From: Fibrobacterales bacterium
Lineage (GTDB): Bacteria; Fibrobacterota; Fibrobacteria; Fibrobacterales; JAOPTW01
Direction: 5' to 3'
NCBI GenBank assembly: GCA_051532035.1
Contig: JAOPTW010000076.1
Span: 1-15,830, forward strand
Length of the DNA stretch: 15,830 nucleotides
The position numbers and the translations under genes were made by a program. The notes under the pieces are model-generated. The model saw only the letters and a list, made by a program, of their open reading frames with translations. It was not told where the DNA came from and searched no databases. This document shows positions 7,635 through 15,436 of the stretch, in pieces; within the stretch, counting starts at the first letter, position 1, and each line of letters opens with the position of its first letter.

Positions 7635-9398
7635 CTATTGATTCACTGTAGAGGTCAATACTCCAACCCATGAAGGATCATTTGCTACTGCACGTGACAA
7701 TTGTACTGATGTCTGATGACGTGGATTAATACCGGTACCAAAGGTAATATTGATTTGAACAAGTCCTGCATTTGCAGCGTTCAATGTAACAGTACCTGCC
7801 TCTGCAGGAGAACCGATTGCCTGATAAATACCAACAACAGTACCATCAGCTTTAATACCGTAGCCACTGACATACATTGGACAATCCCCTGCAACACCAC
7901 CATCATAGTTAATTTCAAATGAGTTACTGTTAACCAGGCTGAGTCTCATGAATTCAGAACGCGCTACAACCTCAGTATTGATGTAGGCCGCTACACGACG
8001 GGTAATAAGACCTTTGTAGTCATTTCCGAGGATGTCTGATGCAGGACGTGATGTTCCAGTTTCAGATCCCTGACGAATGTGTCCTTGAGTACGTACTGCA
8101 TCGGTAACCTTAACAGTACCGTCAACATCAAGGGTTGCCGTTGGGGCATTAGTACCAATGCCCACTGCCACATCAGCATTTTCCTGCATATATGTTTTGA
8201 ATGCGAAGTCATAGCTGCCACCATCGGGACCATTTCTGCCACCGGCATATCCTTGACCGTTTCTGATACTTACTACAGCAGGGTTTGCATCAGAAAATAA
8301 CTGCCAGGTATATTGCTCGTTGGCTGTTAATGCAGGGCCGTCAATAATGTCAAATGAGTTCCATGCACCAAGCTCTGTTGCAGTGATCTCTTGTGTATGA
8401 ATGAGTGTACCAGAATATCCTTGACCTTCATAAATATTGAGAGTTACCGTTGGGGTACCATTATTCCACCACATGTAGGTGTCGAATTGTTTAAGAGTTC
8501 CGGTAATTGCAGGAGTGAATGACTGCCAGTTGCGGTCTTGACCAAAACCAATGCCATATGAACCTAAAGTAATTACTGTTTGTGACTGATCAAGAGTTGT
8601 TGGACCTATGTATGAGAGGTTAGATCCTGATTGATCCCAGGTATCGTCTCCACGATCGCCTTGTACACCTTGCTCACCCTGTGCACCTGTTGTGCCGGTA
8701 GCACCAGTTGCTCCGTTTTCACCTTGAGCACCAGTATCTCCCTGACCTCCTTTTTCACCCTGTGCACCTATCGCGCCGGTAGCACCGGTTTCGCCAACGG
8801 CAAAGAGTTCCCATGCGCCATCTTTGTAAACTACGCTTTTGCCTTCGGTAGTATTAAAGAACGCTTCACCTTCCTGTGGATCTGTAGGATACGACGCCTG
8901 TTCGCCCAGCCAGAGGATGTCCATGCCACGAGTAGTAAATGCATCTACTTCGTAGAGCGAAAATCCATATACCGTTGCTCTGTTAATGCATTCGATAGTA
9001 ATAAACTGACCACTGCCCATAGATGAAATAATTTCGTCAAATCCGCCATCACCGCTGCTGCGCTCGTAGACAGGGTACCCCCAGTCATTTGCGGTTTCTG
9101 ATACATAAATTTTATATGACGCCGCATAGGCATCTTCCCAGTTAAGCTCAAGCTTTTCTACTGCCTGTACCGATCCTAGATCGACCTGCAACCACTGGTA
9201 GTTACTGTGGGCCGAAGACCAACGGGTTGTCATATTACCATCTACTGCATACGATGCTGACTGATATTGGCTTTCGATAGTCGATGCGGTAGCTGTGGCG
9301 TTATCAGAAATATTGATATACGTCTGAGCAGAAACTGCCGATACAGCAAAGAGTGCCGCGAGTGATAATTTTTTAAAACTGTTTTTAAAATATTTCAT
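7635..9398 (-). CDS. Secreted discoidin (F5/8 type C, CBM32-like) plus collagen-like plus fibre/adhesin-like protein
   Basis: AAGGA SD; signal peptide ending AVSA; AVDGNMTTRWSS...QWLQVDLG...LNWE.AYA..Y.I.VS...YGFSLYE discoidin; 17 G-X-Y triplets; VGIGTNAPTATLDVDG motif. Confidence 0.85.
   Translation of the reverse strand: MKYFKNSFKKLSLAALFAVSAVSAQTYINISDNATATASTIESQYQSASYAVDGNMTTRWSSAHSNYQWLQVDLGSVQAVEKLELNWEDAYAASYKIYVSETANDWGYPVYERSSGDGGFDEIISSMGSGQFITIECINRATVYGFSLYEVDAFTTRGMDILWLGEQASYPTDPQEGEAFFNTTEGKSVVYKDGAWELFAVGETGATGAIGAQGEKGGQGDTGAQGENGATGATGTTGAQGEQGVQGDRGDDTWDQSGSNLSYIGPTTLDQSQTVITLGSYGIGFGQDRNWQSFTPAITGTLKQFDTYMWWNNGTPTVTLNIYEGQGYSGTLIHTQEITATELGAWNSFDIIDGPALTANEQYTWQLFSDANPAVVSIRNGQGYAGGRNGPDGGSYDFAFKTYMQENADVAVGIGTNAPTATLDVDGTVKVTDAVRTQGHIRQGSETGTSRPASDILGNDYKGLITRRVAAYINTEVVARSEFMRLSLVNSNSFEINYDGGVAGDCPMYVSGYGIKADGTVVGIYQAIGSPAEAGTVTLNAANAGLVQINITFGTGINPRHQTSVQLSRAVANDPSWVGVLTSTVNQ
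8643..8795 (-). repeat. Collagen-like (Gly-X-Y)17 coding repeat
   Basis: GET GAT GAI GAQ GEK GGQ GDT GAQ GEN GAT GAT GTT GAQ GEQ GVQ GDR GDD. Confidence 0.92.
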
Positions 9399-9443
9399 GT
9401 GTATCCTTTATGTACTATTCATAGGGTGTATGTAAACAATAGA

Positions 9444-9476
9444 AAGGAAATGTGAAGGAAATGTGAGGGAATTGTG
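9444..9476. promoter_or_regulatory. Three tandem 11-bp direct repeats upstream of the collagen-like gene; candidate regulator binding site
   Basis: AAGGAAATGTG AAGGAAATGTG AGGGAATTGTG, lying 46-78 nt upstream of ATG 9398. Confidence 0.55.
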
Positions 9477-9812
9477 TTTTTTTGTTCACATTTTAAACCT
9501 GTACCTTTCAGTTTGAAATGGTCATATGCATAGTATCCTCTCTCGTATTGTTTACAAACAATGAAGGTACTGGTAACGCTAAAATACGAACTCGGCTCTG
9601 CTAAAGCTATCAATCAACAGTGGTCCAGTCTGTGAGGTATCTACCCATTCCATGTCATAACGATTTACCTTCCAGGCATACAGGATAAGAGTGGTGCAGA
9701 GGATTACCCCTTGTCTCAGGTCAAAATGTCCGCTTGATCACACAAACAAAATTACACGAATCTGCGAAATACCCATCTGCAATATTGAAGTACTCTATTT
9801 AAGTGGTGCTCT

Positions 9813-10511
9813 TTACTCAACCACAACATCAAAAGATATCGTACCGTCATTTCCGAGTTCTATAGCATGTACCGTAAATCCAGAACGCGTATTATTCACC
9901 CAATGTGAATTAGGATTACTGCTTGGTGAAAAAGTAGTACCCGGTGTAAAGGCATCACCATTGTCTCCACTATTTCGATTATATTCAATACCCAAGCGAC
10001 CATCAGTTTGTTCAAGTGCAACACCATAATGCTCACCCTTCATCCAATCAACGGCATGATTCCCATACACATCACGATCAATATGCCATATAAATAGGCC
10101 CCGATCAGCACCGGGTAACCGGGAAGTCAGACTCGTATTTTTATTGCGCGCTTCGAGTATAAAAAATTCGATTCTTCGATAAGGATTAACGAATCGTACA
10201 ACACGGTTTCCATTTTCACTTAAAGTTACTCGTTGCGACTGAGTTATGTCCAGAGCCTCTACCCACCCTTCTTCCCAGAGAAGCGATGCATTGGGGATAC
10301 CAACAATTCCCACTTCACTTGACATAAGGTCATACGCACCCGTTCCTCTGGTACCCGTTTTTGTATAGAGATCGGGCCACCCAAAAACCATATGAGCACA
10401 TTCGTGAATCACTACAAAAATATCGCGATACTCCCCCCAATAATCAAGGAATGTAGCTCCAAGAACCTGACCCTCCTCACTCAGACAATAAATTATACGT
10501 GATGAGCGCAT
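9813..10511 (-). pseudogene. M6 (immune inhibitor A-like) zinc metallopeptidase, C-terminal portion only; probably 5'-truncated
   Basis: IHECAHMVFGWPDLY (HExxH...PDLY), GAYDLMS Met-turn, EFFILEAR, GLFIWHID, VALEQTDG and GDNGDAF. The zinc motif begins at residue 37, there is no signal peptide, and an in-frame TAG lies 11 codons upstream of the ATG. Confidence 0.7.
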
Positions 10512-10527
10512 AACACCCCTCCATAAA

Positions 10528-10556
10528 TTGACAGAGGCATCCTAATATTCTAGTCT
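10528..10556 (+). promoter_or_regulatory. Sigma70 promoter of the cobalamin operon
   Basis: TTGACA (10528-10533), 17-nt spacer, TAGTCT (10551-10556); the predicted start near 10563 coincides with the riboswitch 5' end. Confidence 0.75.
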
Positions 10557-10562
10557 TACAGC

Positions 10563-10766
10563 CAACTTTTAGGTGAGATCGTGAATATACTTCACTATCT
10601 TGAAAAGGGAATCCTGTTAAAATCAGGAGCGGACACGCCACTGTAAAGGGGACGATGCTTGTAACACCACTGTTATTACAACGGGAAGGTCAAGCGGAGG
10701 TTGAACCTAAGCCAGAAAACCTGCCTATGTAATCTACGATACTTATCCACGTGACTTGGAGAAGTA
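10563..10766 (+). ncRNA. Cobalamin (B12) riboswitch, core about 10563-10730 plus a P13-like hairpin at 10740-10766
   Basis: Conserved blocks in order: AGGT, AAAAGGGAA, CCTG-TTAAAAT-CAGG, GCCACTGT, CCACTG, GGGAAGG, and the B12 box AGCCAGAAAACCTGCC; directly upstream of cbiB. Confidence 0.95.
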
Positions 10767-10819
10767 CAGATCTGACACGAAATACGTCGCTTCAGAGCCG
10801 ATAACCAAGAGCCAATAAA

Positions 10820-11836
10820 ATGGCCAAAGGCATGAGCACGATGTATACCACCTCCTTGCACATTGGAAGTGAACACCTATTAATGATCATTATCATTATA
10901 TCCGCATTTCTATGGGATCAAATCGTTGGAGATCAAAAGACACACTACCACCCTATTGGCTGGATAGGAATTGCTATCAATCAGCTTACGCGATTTCTGT
11001 ACCCTAAAAACAATACACCATTCCTATCGACGGTGTTGGGTATCCTTATAGCCCTCAGTATTATCATAGGTACTTTTGTTGCAGTATATTCTCTCATGGT
11101 ACTATCAGGTTATGTCTCACTAGTGCTCAATTCTATCGTCTCAGTCATACTGATTGGAACCGCTCTCTCTTCTCGGAGCCTTATTCAGGAGGCACAAAAG
11201 ATTCATGGATTATTAGAATCGCATAACCTTATTGAAGCCCGTAAAAGCCTGTCCATGATTGTGGGTAGAGACACCCACGACTTGAACGAATCTGAAATAT
11301 GTCGGGCAACTATTGAAACAGTAGCCGAGAGCTTTACTGATGGCGTGTTAAGCCCTCTTATGTATGCTGCCCTATTTGGCCCTATAGGAATATGGTGTAT
11401 CAAAGCAATAAGTACCTTAGACTCAATGATTGGCTACAATAACGATACCTATCAATACTTTGGAAAATGTTCGGCTCGTTTAGATGACGCGGTTCATTTT
11501 ATTCCAGCACGAGTATCCATTATGGTAATTTCAATAGCCTCATTCGTAAAGGGGCACACCTTTGCAAATCCCTTTATCACAGGGTTACACTATCGATTGA
11601 ACCATCCGAGCCCAAATTCTGCACATTCTGAAGCCGCCTTTGCAGGAGCGTTACAAGTGAGGCTTGGGGGCACATCCTTGTATAACGGTATACAGTCTAA
11701 AAAACAGTATTTAGGCGATGGCCGTGCAGCGTTAACCATTTCAGATGTAAAAGCCTCTATTCAATTACTTAAAACCTGTAATGCGATCGCCCTCATTTGT
11801 TGTCTCCCCTTATCAACAATCAGCCTCTGGATATAA
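10820..11836 (+). CDS. cbiB: Adenosylcobinamide-phosphate synthase CbiB (start uncertain; 10841 or 10883 possible)
   Basis: HPIGWIG, LSMIVGRDT..L, RATIETVAESFTDG, TLDSMIGY, ARLDD..HFIPAR, HPSPNS..SEAAFAGAL.V.LGG; hydrophobic segments. Confidence 0.95.
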   Translation: MAKGMSTMYTTSLHIGSEHLLMIIIIISAFLWDQIVGDQKTHYHPIGWIGIAINQLTRFLYPKNNTPFLSTVLGILIALSIIIGTFVAVYSLMVLSGYVSLVLNSIVSVILIGTALSSRSLIQEAQKIHGLLESHNLIEARKSLSMIVGRDTHDLNESEICRATIETVAESFTDGVLSPLMYAALFGPIGIWCIKAISTLDSMIGYNNDTYQYFGKCSARLDDAVHFIPARVSIMVISIASFVKGHTFANPFITGLHYRLNHPSPNSAHSEAAFAGALQVRLGGTSLYNGIQSKKQYLGDGRAALTISDVKASIQLLKTCNAIALICCLPLSTISLWI

Positions 11837-11849
11837 GGAGTACTACTCT

Positions 11850-12956
11850 ATGCAAATTCATGGAAGTATACCTTATACAGAGGTACAAGCCCTCAATATT
11901 AATCCAGAGGATATTATTGATTTTAGTGTCAGTATTAATCCATTTGATGCCCCTATTCACTCTATGGTCGATACTATTGGTACCTCACTTAAGGAGTACC
12001 CAGACAACTCTGGCGTCGCTATTAAAACAGCACTCTCAAAACACCTCGGTCACCCTTATGAACATATTGTTCTGTGTGCCGGTACTACTGAGCTCATATT
12101 CAATTTCCCCAAAATTTGGAAAACGAGTGCAATTGTTGAACCGACCTACGGTGATTATCGAGAAGCCTATGTTCGAAATACATTAGACCCACTCTCTCTT
12201 ACAATCGAGACTCTTATTTCGTCAGAGCCAGAACAGCTCAGAAACCTCTTAGTCGATACTGAATGCTTATGTCTTTGTAACCCCAACAACCCAACCGGTG
12301 ATTATTTGTCTCCTCTACAAATAGCTACCATTGCAACATCTATATTCCCCACTATGCTGATTGTCGATGAAGCCTATCAAGAGTTGGGGGTCGACTGCTT
12401 AAGTGCAAGTGACCTTATCCCTACCCATAAAAATATTATTCTCCTCAAATCATTAACAAAACCATTTGGTGTTGCAGGATTAAGAGTTGGTTATGCACTG
12501 ACTCATCCAAACAATAAGAAAAAATTAGAACGTGAATTACTCCCCTGGGCAATACCAACAATTGCGCAACGCATTATACCTGAGATACTTTCAAAGCTCA
12601 AGACCGTTTCACAGCAATGGGACGAAACACGATTACTGCGTGCTTCATTGATTTCCAAACTGTTAGATTTACACTTCACCATTCAAAGCAGTCAGGCACC
12701 ATTCTTTCTGTGCAATGTGGGTGATAGTGAAGCATGTAGAGTATGGTGTCTCAAAAATTATTCTATCGCTTTGAGAAGCTGCTCTTCCTTTGGATTACCC
12801 GAATGGATACGAATATTCCCCCTTATACACGATAAAAACATCACATTAATACACGCCCTACAAGAATGGCGTACCTATTATGCATTACACAACAGTTCCA
12901 ATCATAACTCAAACACTAGCTCTAACAAAAGCTCAGACACAAAGGCCTGCATATGA
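11850..12956 (+). CDS. cobD: L-threonine-O-3-phosphate decarboxylase (PLP-dependent, class I/II aminotransferase fold)
   Basis: Start moved to ATG 11850 (AAGGAG SD overlaps the cbiB stop). HG, IIDFSVSINP, YPD, CNPNNPTG, DEAY and KSLTK.FGVAGLRVGY motifs; operon context supports CobD over HisC. Confidence 0.85.
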   Translation: MQIHGSIPYTEVQALNINPEDIIDFSVSINPFDAPIHSMVDTIGTSLKEYPDNSGVAIKTALSKHLGHPYEHIVLCAGTTELIFNFPKIWKTSAIVEPTYGDYREAYVRNTLDPLSLTIETLISSEPEQLRNLLVDTECLCLCNPNNPTGDYLSPLQIATIATSIFPTMLIVDEAYQELGVDCLSASDLIPTHKNIILLKSLTKPFGVAGLRVGYALTHPNNKKKLERELLPWAIPTIAQRIIPEILSKLKTVSQQWDETRLLRASLISKLLDLHFTIQSSQAPFFLCNVGDSEACRVWCLKNYSIALRSCSSFGLPEWIRIFPLIHDKNITLIHALQEWRTYYALHNSSNHNSNTSSNKSSDTKACI

Positions 12957-13966
12957 CAGCAAACGTTACCACTACTGAAATTCAATCTGCAATTGACAAT
13001 AAAACCAAACCTCTCGGATCATTGGGACAACTTGAAGAGATTGCATTACAAATGGCACTTATTCAAAATACTCAGTCTCCCACAGTATCAAAGCCTACAA
13101 TCATCGTATTTGCAGCAGACCATGGCATGACTAAGAACCCTGGTATTTCTGCGTTCCCCAGAGAGGTAACCGCACAAATGGTCCTTAACTTTGTGGGTGG
13201 CGGAGCTGCTATTAACGTATTTTCGAAATACAACGACATTAACCTCATAGTCGTTGACGCTGGTGTTGATTTTGAATTTGATCCTACTATCAATATTGTG
13301 CACAACAAAATATGGTATGGCACCAAAGACGCACTAGTCGAAAACGCAATGACCAAAGATGAAATGCATAACTCATTTGCAAAAGGAGCCACCCTAGTCA
13401 AACAACAAAAAGAAGCCGGCTGCAATACTATTGGGTTTGGAGAGATGGGCATTGGGAATACCGCTTCTGCATCCCTGATTTATTCAGCCATATTGAATAA
13501 ACCGGTTGCCGAATTTACCGGTCCAGGAACCGGCGTTACTGATATTGAAGGAAAAGCGCGACTCCTAGAAAAAGCCCAATCTCGTTTTACTCATGCACTT
13601 ACCGTAGAAGAAGCGCTCATTGCCTTTGGAGGGTTTGAAATTGCCCAAATGACCGGAGCAATGCTCGAGGCTGGCAAACAAAACATGACCGTCCTAGTGG
13701 ATGGATTCATTGCTACTGCAGCATGGCTCATAGCAATTAATATAGAGCCAGCGTTATCAGCCAATGGCATTCTCTGCCATCAAAGCGCTGAACCTGCTCA
13801 CCAGCTTATTTTAAAAGAACTCAACAAAACACCACTCCTCGATCTCGGTCTCAGACTTGGTGAAGGCACGGGGGCAGCTATTGCAGTTCCCATTATAAAG
13901 GTAGCTTGTGGTTTTTTATCAGAGATGTCGACCTTTGGTGAAGCAAGTGTGAGTGAATCTGTTTAG
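12953..13966 (+). CDS. cobT: Nicotinate-nucleotide--dimethylbenzimidazole phosphoribosyltransferase
   Basis: KTKPLGSLGQLE, FAADHG, GEMGIGNT, VDGFI and LGLRLGEGTGA; ATGA overlap with cobD. Confidence 0.96.
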   Translation: MTANVTTTEIQSAIDNKTKPLGSLGQLEEIALQMALIQNTQSPTVSKPTIIVFAADHGMTKNPGISAFPREVTAQMVLNFVGGGAAINVFSKYNDINLIVVDAGVDFEFDPTINIVHNKIWYGTKDALVENAMTKDEMHNSFAKGATLVKQQKEAGCNTIGFGEMGIGNTASASLIYSAILNKPVAEFTGPGTGVTDIEGKARLLEKAQSRFTHALTVEEALIAFGGFEIAQMTGAMLEAGKQNMTVLVDGFIATAAWLIAINIEPALSANGILCHQSAEPAHQLILKELNKTPLLDLGLRLGEGTGAAIAVPIIKVACGFLSEMSTFGEASVSESV

Positions 13967-13973
13967 TAAATCT

Positions 13974-14000
13974 GCCCCCAGTTATCTACTGGGGGCTCTT
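13974..14000 (+). terminator. GC-rich hairpin after cobT; probable terminator
   Basis: GCCCCCAGT-TATCT-ACTGGGGGC followed by only a weak TCTT tail. Confidence 0.6.
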
Positions 14001-14144
14001 GGGTAAAACCTCTGAAAAGACTCACAAACAAAGGAGTTCTGATTACACCATACTCATGGATATTATCTCAACGATAAATAAGTTCATTAATCCTATAAAC
14101 TTTTGGTATACTTATTTTAGGTTATTAAAACCCTGAGAAGTGTT

Positions 14145-14921
14145 ATGTATTCTAGAATATTCCTCTTGCATTGTATCGTTATTCTCATGATAGCTCCACT
14201 CCCCCTTATTGCGCAAGATACTATTACTATTGCTGTCGGCGAATGGGACCCTTATATTTCAAAAGATTTAAAAAATGACGGGGTTATTGCTCAAATTATA
14301 TCCGAAGCATTTGCCCTCGAAGGTGTATCAGCAGAATTCGAATACCTCCCTTGGCAACGAGCCTTAGTAGAAGTAAAGCATGGAACCAAAGACGCTACTC
14401 CTGGATGGTCACCAGTAGAAGAGCGCAAAGCCGATTTCTATTTTACTGACTCATTTATGGATGAAAGTATGGTGTTTTTTCACCTCAAAGACACCCTCTT
14501 TGACTGGAAAGAAATAAGCGACCTCTCAGGTAGGGCCATTGGAGGGGTCAATTACTACAACTATCTCGATGATTTTGAAAAGGCTGAGAAGGCGGGCATT
14601 ATAACGGTAGACCGAACGAGTAGTGAATTGCTTAATTTTAAAAAGTTACTCAGCGGTAGGATAAGCATATTCCCCGTCGATCGTAATTTTGGGTATTCAT
14701 TGATTTACAAGAATTTCACCCCCCAACAAGTAGCCCGCATCACTCACCACAATACACCACTCTATTCTGAGCCCGTTGTTATGCTCATGTCAAAAAAGAT
14801 TCCCCAAAGCAAACGATTCTTAAGCCTTTTTAATAAAGGATTGAAGCGTTTAAAAAAGAGTGGACGCTTTGAAGAGTTGTTTAAGAGCTCTCAACGCGGT
14901 GAGTTTATTATTAAGAAATAA
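14145..14921 (+). CDS. Periplasmic solute-binding protein, family 3 (SBP_bac_3), standalone
   Basis: Signal peptide; GEWDPY, EAFALEG, YLPWQRAL, ER..DFYFTD, KKLLSGRI and FNKGLKRLKKSGRF. Confidence 0.88.
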   Translation: MYSRIFLLHCIVILMIAPLPLIAQDTITIAVGEWDPYISKDLKNDGVIAQIISEAFALEGVSAEFEYLPWQRALVEVKHGTKDATPGWSPVEERKADFYFTDSFMDESMVFFHLKDTLFDWKEISDLSGRAIGGVNYYNYLDDFEKAEKAGIITVDRTSSELLNFKKLLSGRISIFPVDRNFGYSLIYKNFTPQQVARITHHNTPLYSEPVVMLMSKKIPQSKRFLSLFNKGLKRLKKSGRFEELFKSSQRGEFIIKK

Positions 14922-14928
14922 TCTGAAG

Positions 14929-15285
14929 CTACTTATTTTCTTGTCGAAGAGATCGTTTGACAACATACACTTGCATACCAACACCCAGCACCAGAGACAA
15001 TACTGTTATAATTACAGTTATGCTATCAATAGATCCATTGACGAAATAATGATATCCAAAGAGTCCCAGACATCCGGCAGTAATAGCTAACACATTAATA
15101 AGAATACGTTTCTTTATAGAGACATCAGATGACACTGGTTGGACAGTAGCATTTTCCTTATTTCTTAATAGAAACAGCATGATGCCCATCATAATTATTG
15201 GTATCCCTAAATAATCATCCCCGAGGATTTGGATTGTCCCGCTAAAGATAAGGAATACTGAGCCGATTACAAAAAGTTTATTCAT
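14929..15285 (-). CDS. Hypothetical small membrane protein (about 4 TM)
   Basis: Four hydrophobic segments with basic flanks (LRNK, KKR, KRSLR); fills the gap between identified genes. Confidence 0.65.
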   Translation of the reverse strand: MNKLFVIGSVFLIFSGTIQILGDDYLGIPIIMMGIMLFLLRNKENATVQPVSSDVSIKKRILINVLAITAGCLGLFGYHYFVNGSIDSITVIITVLSLVLGVGMQVYVVKRSLRQENK

Positions 15286-15436
15286 GAGGCAAAACTAAAA
15301 ATCCCCACCCCCAATTACAACAATTAATATGAAATTAGGACACCAAATAGGAGTTCCTCATACCCCACCAATTTATTTACTATCTTGAATATGAGTGGCA
15401 ATAGCAATGGTAATTCGACCAAAAACACAGGAATCT

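Noticed and set aside
7635..9398. Prophage tail fibre gene
   Set aside because: It has a Sec signal peptide and no phage genes are nearby.
9444..9476. CRISPR-like repeat array
   Set aside because: The repeats are 11 bp, directly adjacent, without spacers, and there are no cas genes.
9473..9490. CRP-like TGTGT-N8-TCACA
   Set aside because: The spacer is 8 rather than 6, and the left half belongs to the direct repeat.
9419..9812. 64-aa ORF 9419-9613 and a possible decayed minus-strand frame (LYAWKVNRYD...TGP) downstream of the M6 gene
   Set aside because: No SD or recognisable family; the resemblance to a fibronectin-like strand is too weak without a search.
10676..10876. 66-aa minus-strand ORF
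   Set aside because: Antisense to the riboswitch and the cbiB start; no protein features.
11781..11849. ORF-track start of cobD at 11781
   Set aside because: It overlaps cbiB by 56 nt; the SD and family N-terminus (HG) point to 11850.
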